A stretch of DNA of 64,000 nt, taken from positions 384,001-448,000 of the forward strand of contig CBDEGZ010000003.1 of assembly GCA_965238175.1 (NCBI GenBank). The letters run 5' to 3'. This DNA is from Gammaproteobacteria bacterium. Lineage in GTDB: Bacteria; Pseudomonadota; Gammaproteobacteria; CAJXQU01. Positions 62,848 through 64,000 of the stretch are shown here, one piece after another. Each line of letters begins with the position of its first letter. Positions within the stretch are counted from its first letter, which is position 1. Made by a program: the position numbers and the translations under genes. A model generated the notes under the pieces. The model saw nothing but the letters and a program-made list of their open reading frames with translations. It did no database searches and was not told where the DNA came from.

Positions 62848-64000
62848 ATGTCTGAACAACAAGACACGATTGCAGCAATTGCAACCCCACCAGGTTCTGG
62901 CGGGGTTGGAGTAATCCGGATCTCTGGCCCACAAGTCACAACAATAACCGTTTCCATTGTTGGTGATTTACCTCAATCCAGAACAGCAATCTATCGATCT
63001 TTTCGATCATCAAACGATCAAATACTTGATCAAGGTCTTGCGTTATTTTTCCCAGGTCCCGATTCATTTACGGGTGAAGATGTTTTAGAGCTCCATGGAC
63101 ACGGTGGTTCTGTCGTTATGAATCGACTCCTAAAACGAGTTCTTGAATTGGGTGCAAGGCAAGCAAATCCTGGAGAGTTTTCTGAACGTGCTTTCTTGAA
63201 TGGAAAGGTAGATTTAATCCAAGCCGAAGCCGTCGCAGATTTGATTAATAGCGCAAGTGAACAAGCAGCAATCAGCGCAATTCGATCACTTTCGGGTGAA
63301 TTTTCAAAGTTAGTTACACGACTAAAAGATCAGATCATTTCCATGCGTATGTTAATCGAAGCGCATATGGATTTTACTGATGAAGAATTAGATATTCCGG
63401 TTGCTACTTTCCAGCAATCTATTCAAGCTGCGATTGATCAAAATCAGAATATTTTAGATAAAGCGCGGCAAGGTGCGGTACTAAACGAAGGCCTAAGGAT
63501 TGCGATTATTGGTGAACCTAATGTTGGGAAATCAAGTTTACTAAACAGCTTACTACAACAAGATCGTGCCATTGTGACAGATATTCCCGGAACGACGCGT
63601 GACACATTGACGGAAAAATTTTTAATAGACGGTGTACCTTTTGTGATTACAGATACAGCGGGTTTACGAACCACAAATGATCCTGTCGAATTAGAAGGAA
63701 TAAACCGAACGAACTTGTCGATGGAAACGGCAGATCTGGTTTTGATCATGTCTGAGTATCCAAAAATAGCAGAACAAATATCAACAGAGATCAAAAGCAA
63801 GATCTATGTAGTAAACAAAATTGATCAAGCGCAAGATGTTAAAGCCAAGATCAAAATGGCTGTAGCTCTCTCCCCTGCTGAAATCCAACTTTCAGCAAAA
63901 ACCGGAGAAGGTTTGGATTTGTTAAAGAAAGAATTATTAAAATTTGCTGGAGTCGATACAGGTGCAGAAGGAATTTTCACAGCTAGGCAACGGCACATCG
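62848..64000 (+). CDS. mnmE: tRNA modification GTPase MnmE (runs off window end)
   Basis: DTIAAIATPPG.GGVGVIRISG, SFTGEDVLELHGHGG, GEPNVGKSS, PGTTRD, DTAG, NKID. Confidence 0.97.
   Translation, partial: MSEQQDTIAAIATPPGSGGVGVIRISGPQVTTITVSIVGDLPQSRTAIYRSFRSSNDQILDQGLALFFPGPDSFTGEDVLELHGHGGSVVMNRLLKRVLELGARQANPGEFSERAFLNGKVDLIQAEAVADLINSASEQAAISAIRSLSGEFSKLVTRLKDQIISMRMLIEAHMDFTDEELDIPVATFQQSIQAAIDQNQNILDKARQGAVLNEGLRIAIIGEPNVGKSSLLNSLLQQDRAIVTDIPGTTRDTLTEKFLIDGVPFVITDTAGLRTTNDPVELEGINRTNLSMETADLVLIMSEYPKIAEQISTEIKSKIYVVNKIDQAQDVKAKIKMAVALSPAEIQLSAKTGEGLDLLKKELLKFAGVDTGAEGIFTARQRHI

Overview
Origin-proximal 64 kb of an AT-rich gammaproteobacterial chromosome. The backbone is housekeeping: argH-algZ/algR, rep, folE, waaF/waaC, ilvE-glnE, groESL, hemB, pcnB-folK-panBC, bioBFHCD, gyrB-recF-dnaN-dnaA/rpmH-rnpA-yidD-yidC-mnmE, with DnaA boxes and two parS sites. 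Four accessory patches stand out. (1) An intact IS1111-type (IS110 family) element sits in a ~41-bp palindrome. Its 3' non-coding region carries four short segments matching its target and its own circle junction, so a bridge/seek-RNA can be read directly. (2) A six-gene lipid-carrier glycosylation cluster. (3) An integrase-less attC cassette array between groES and hemB, including a P-loop kinase + Thg1-like 3'-5' polymerase cassette. (4) A sigma54 Rtc RNA-repair locus (rtcR / rtcB - SPFH 'slipin' - Zn ribbon) without rtcA or Ro60. Its ~680-nt rtcB-slipin spacer holds an array of structured RNAs: a tRNA-like RNA whose anticodon arm is replaced by a GAAA tetraloop hairpin, a second atypical tRNA-like RNA (CAA anticodon, short variable loop), and a ~270-nt multi-stem RNA. 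The Rtc ncRNA array is the best candidate for an undescribed system. All calls come from reading sequence and motifs by eye; no searches or folding programs were run.
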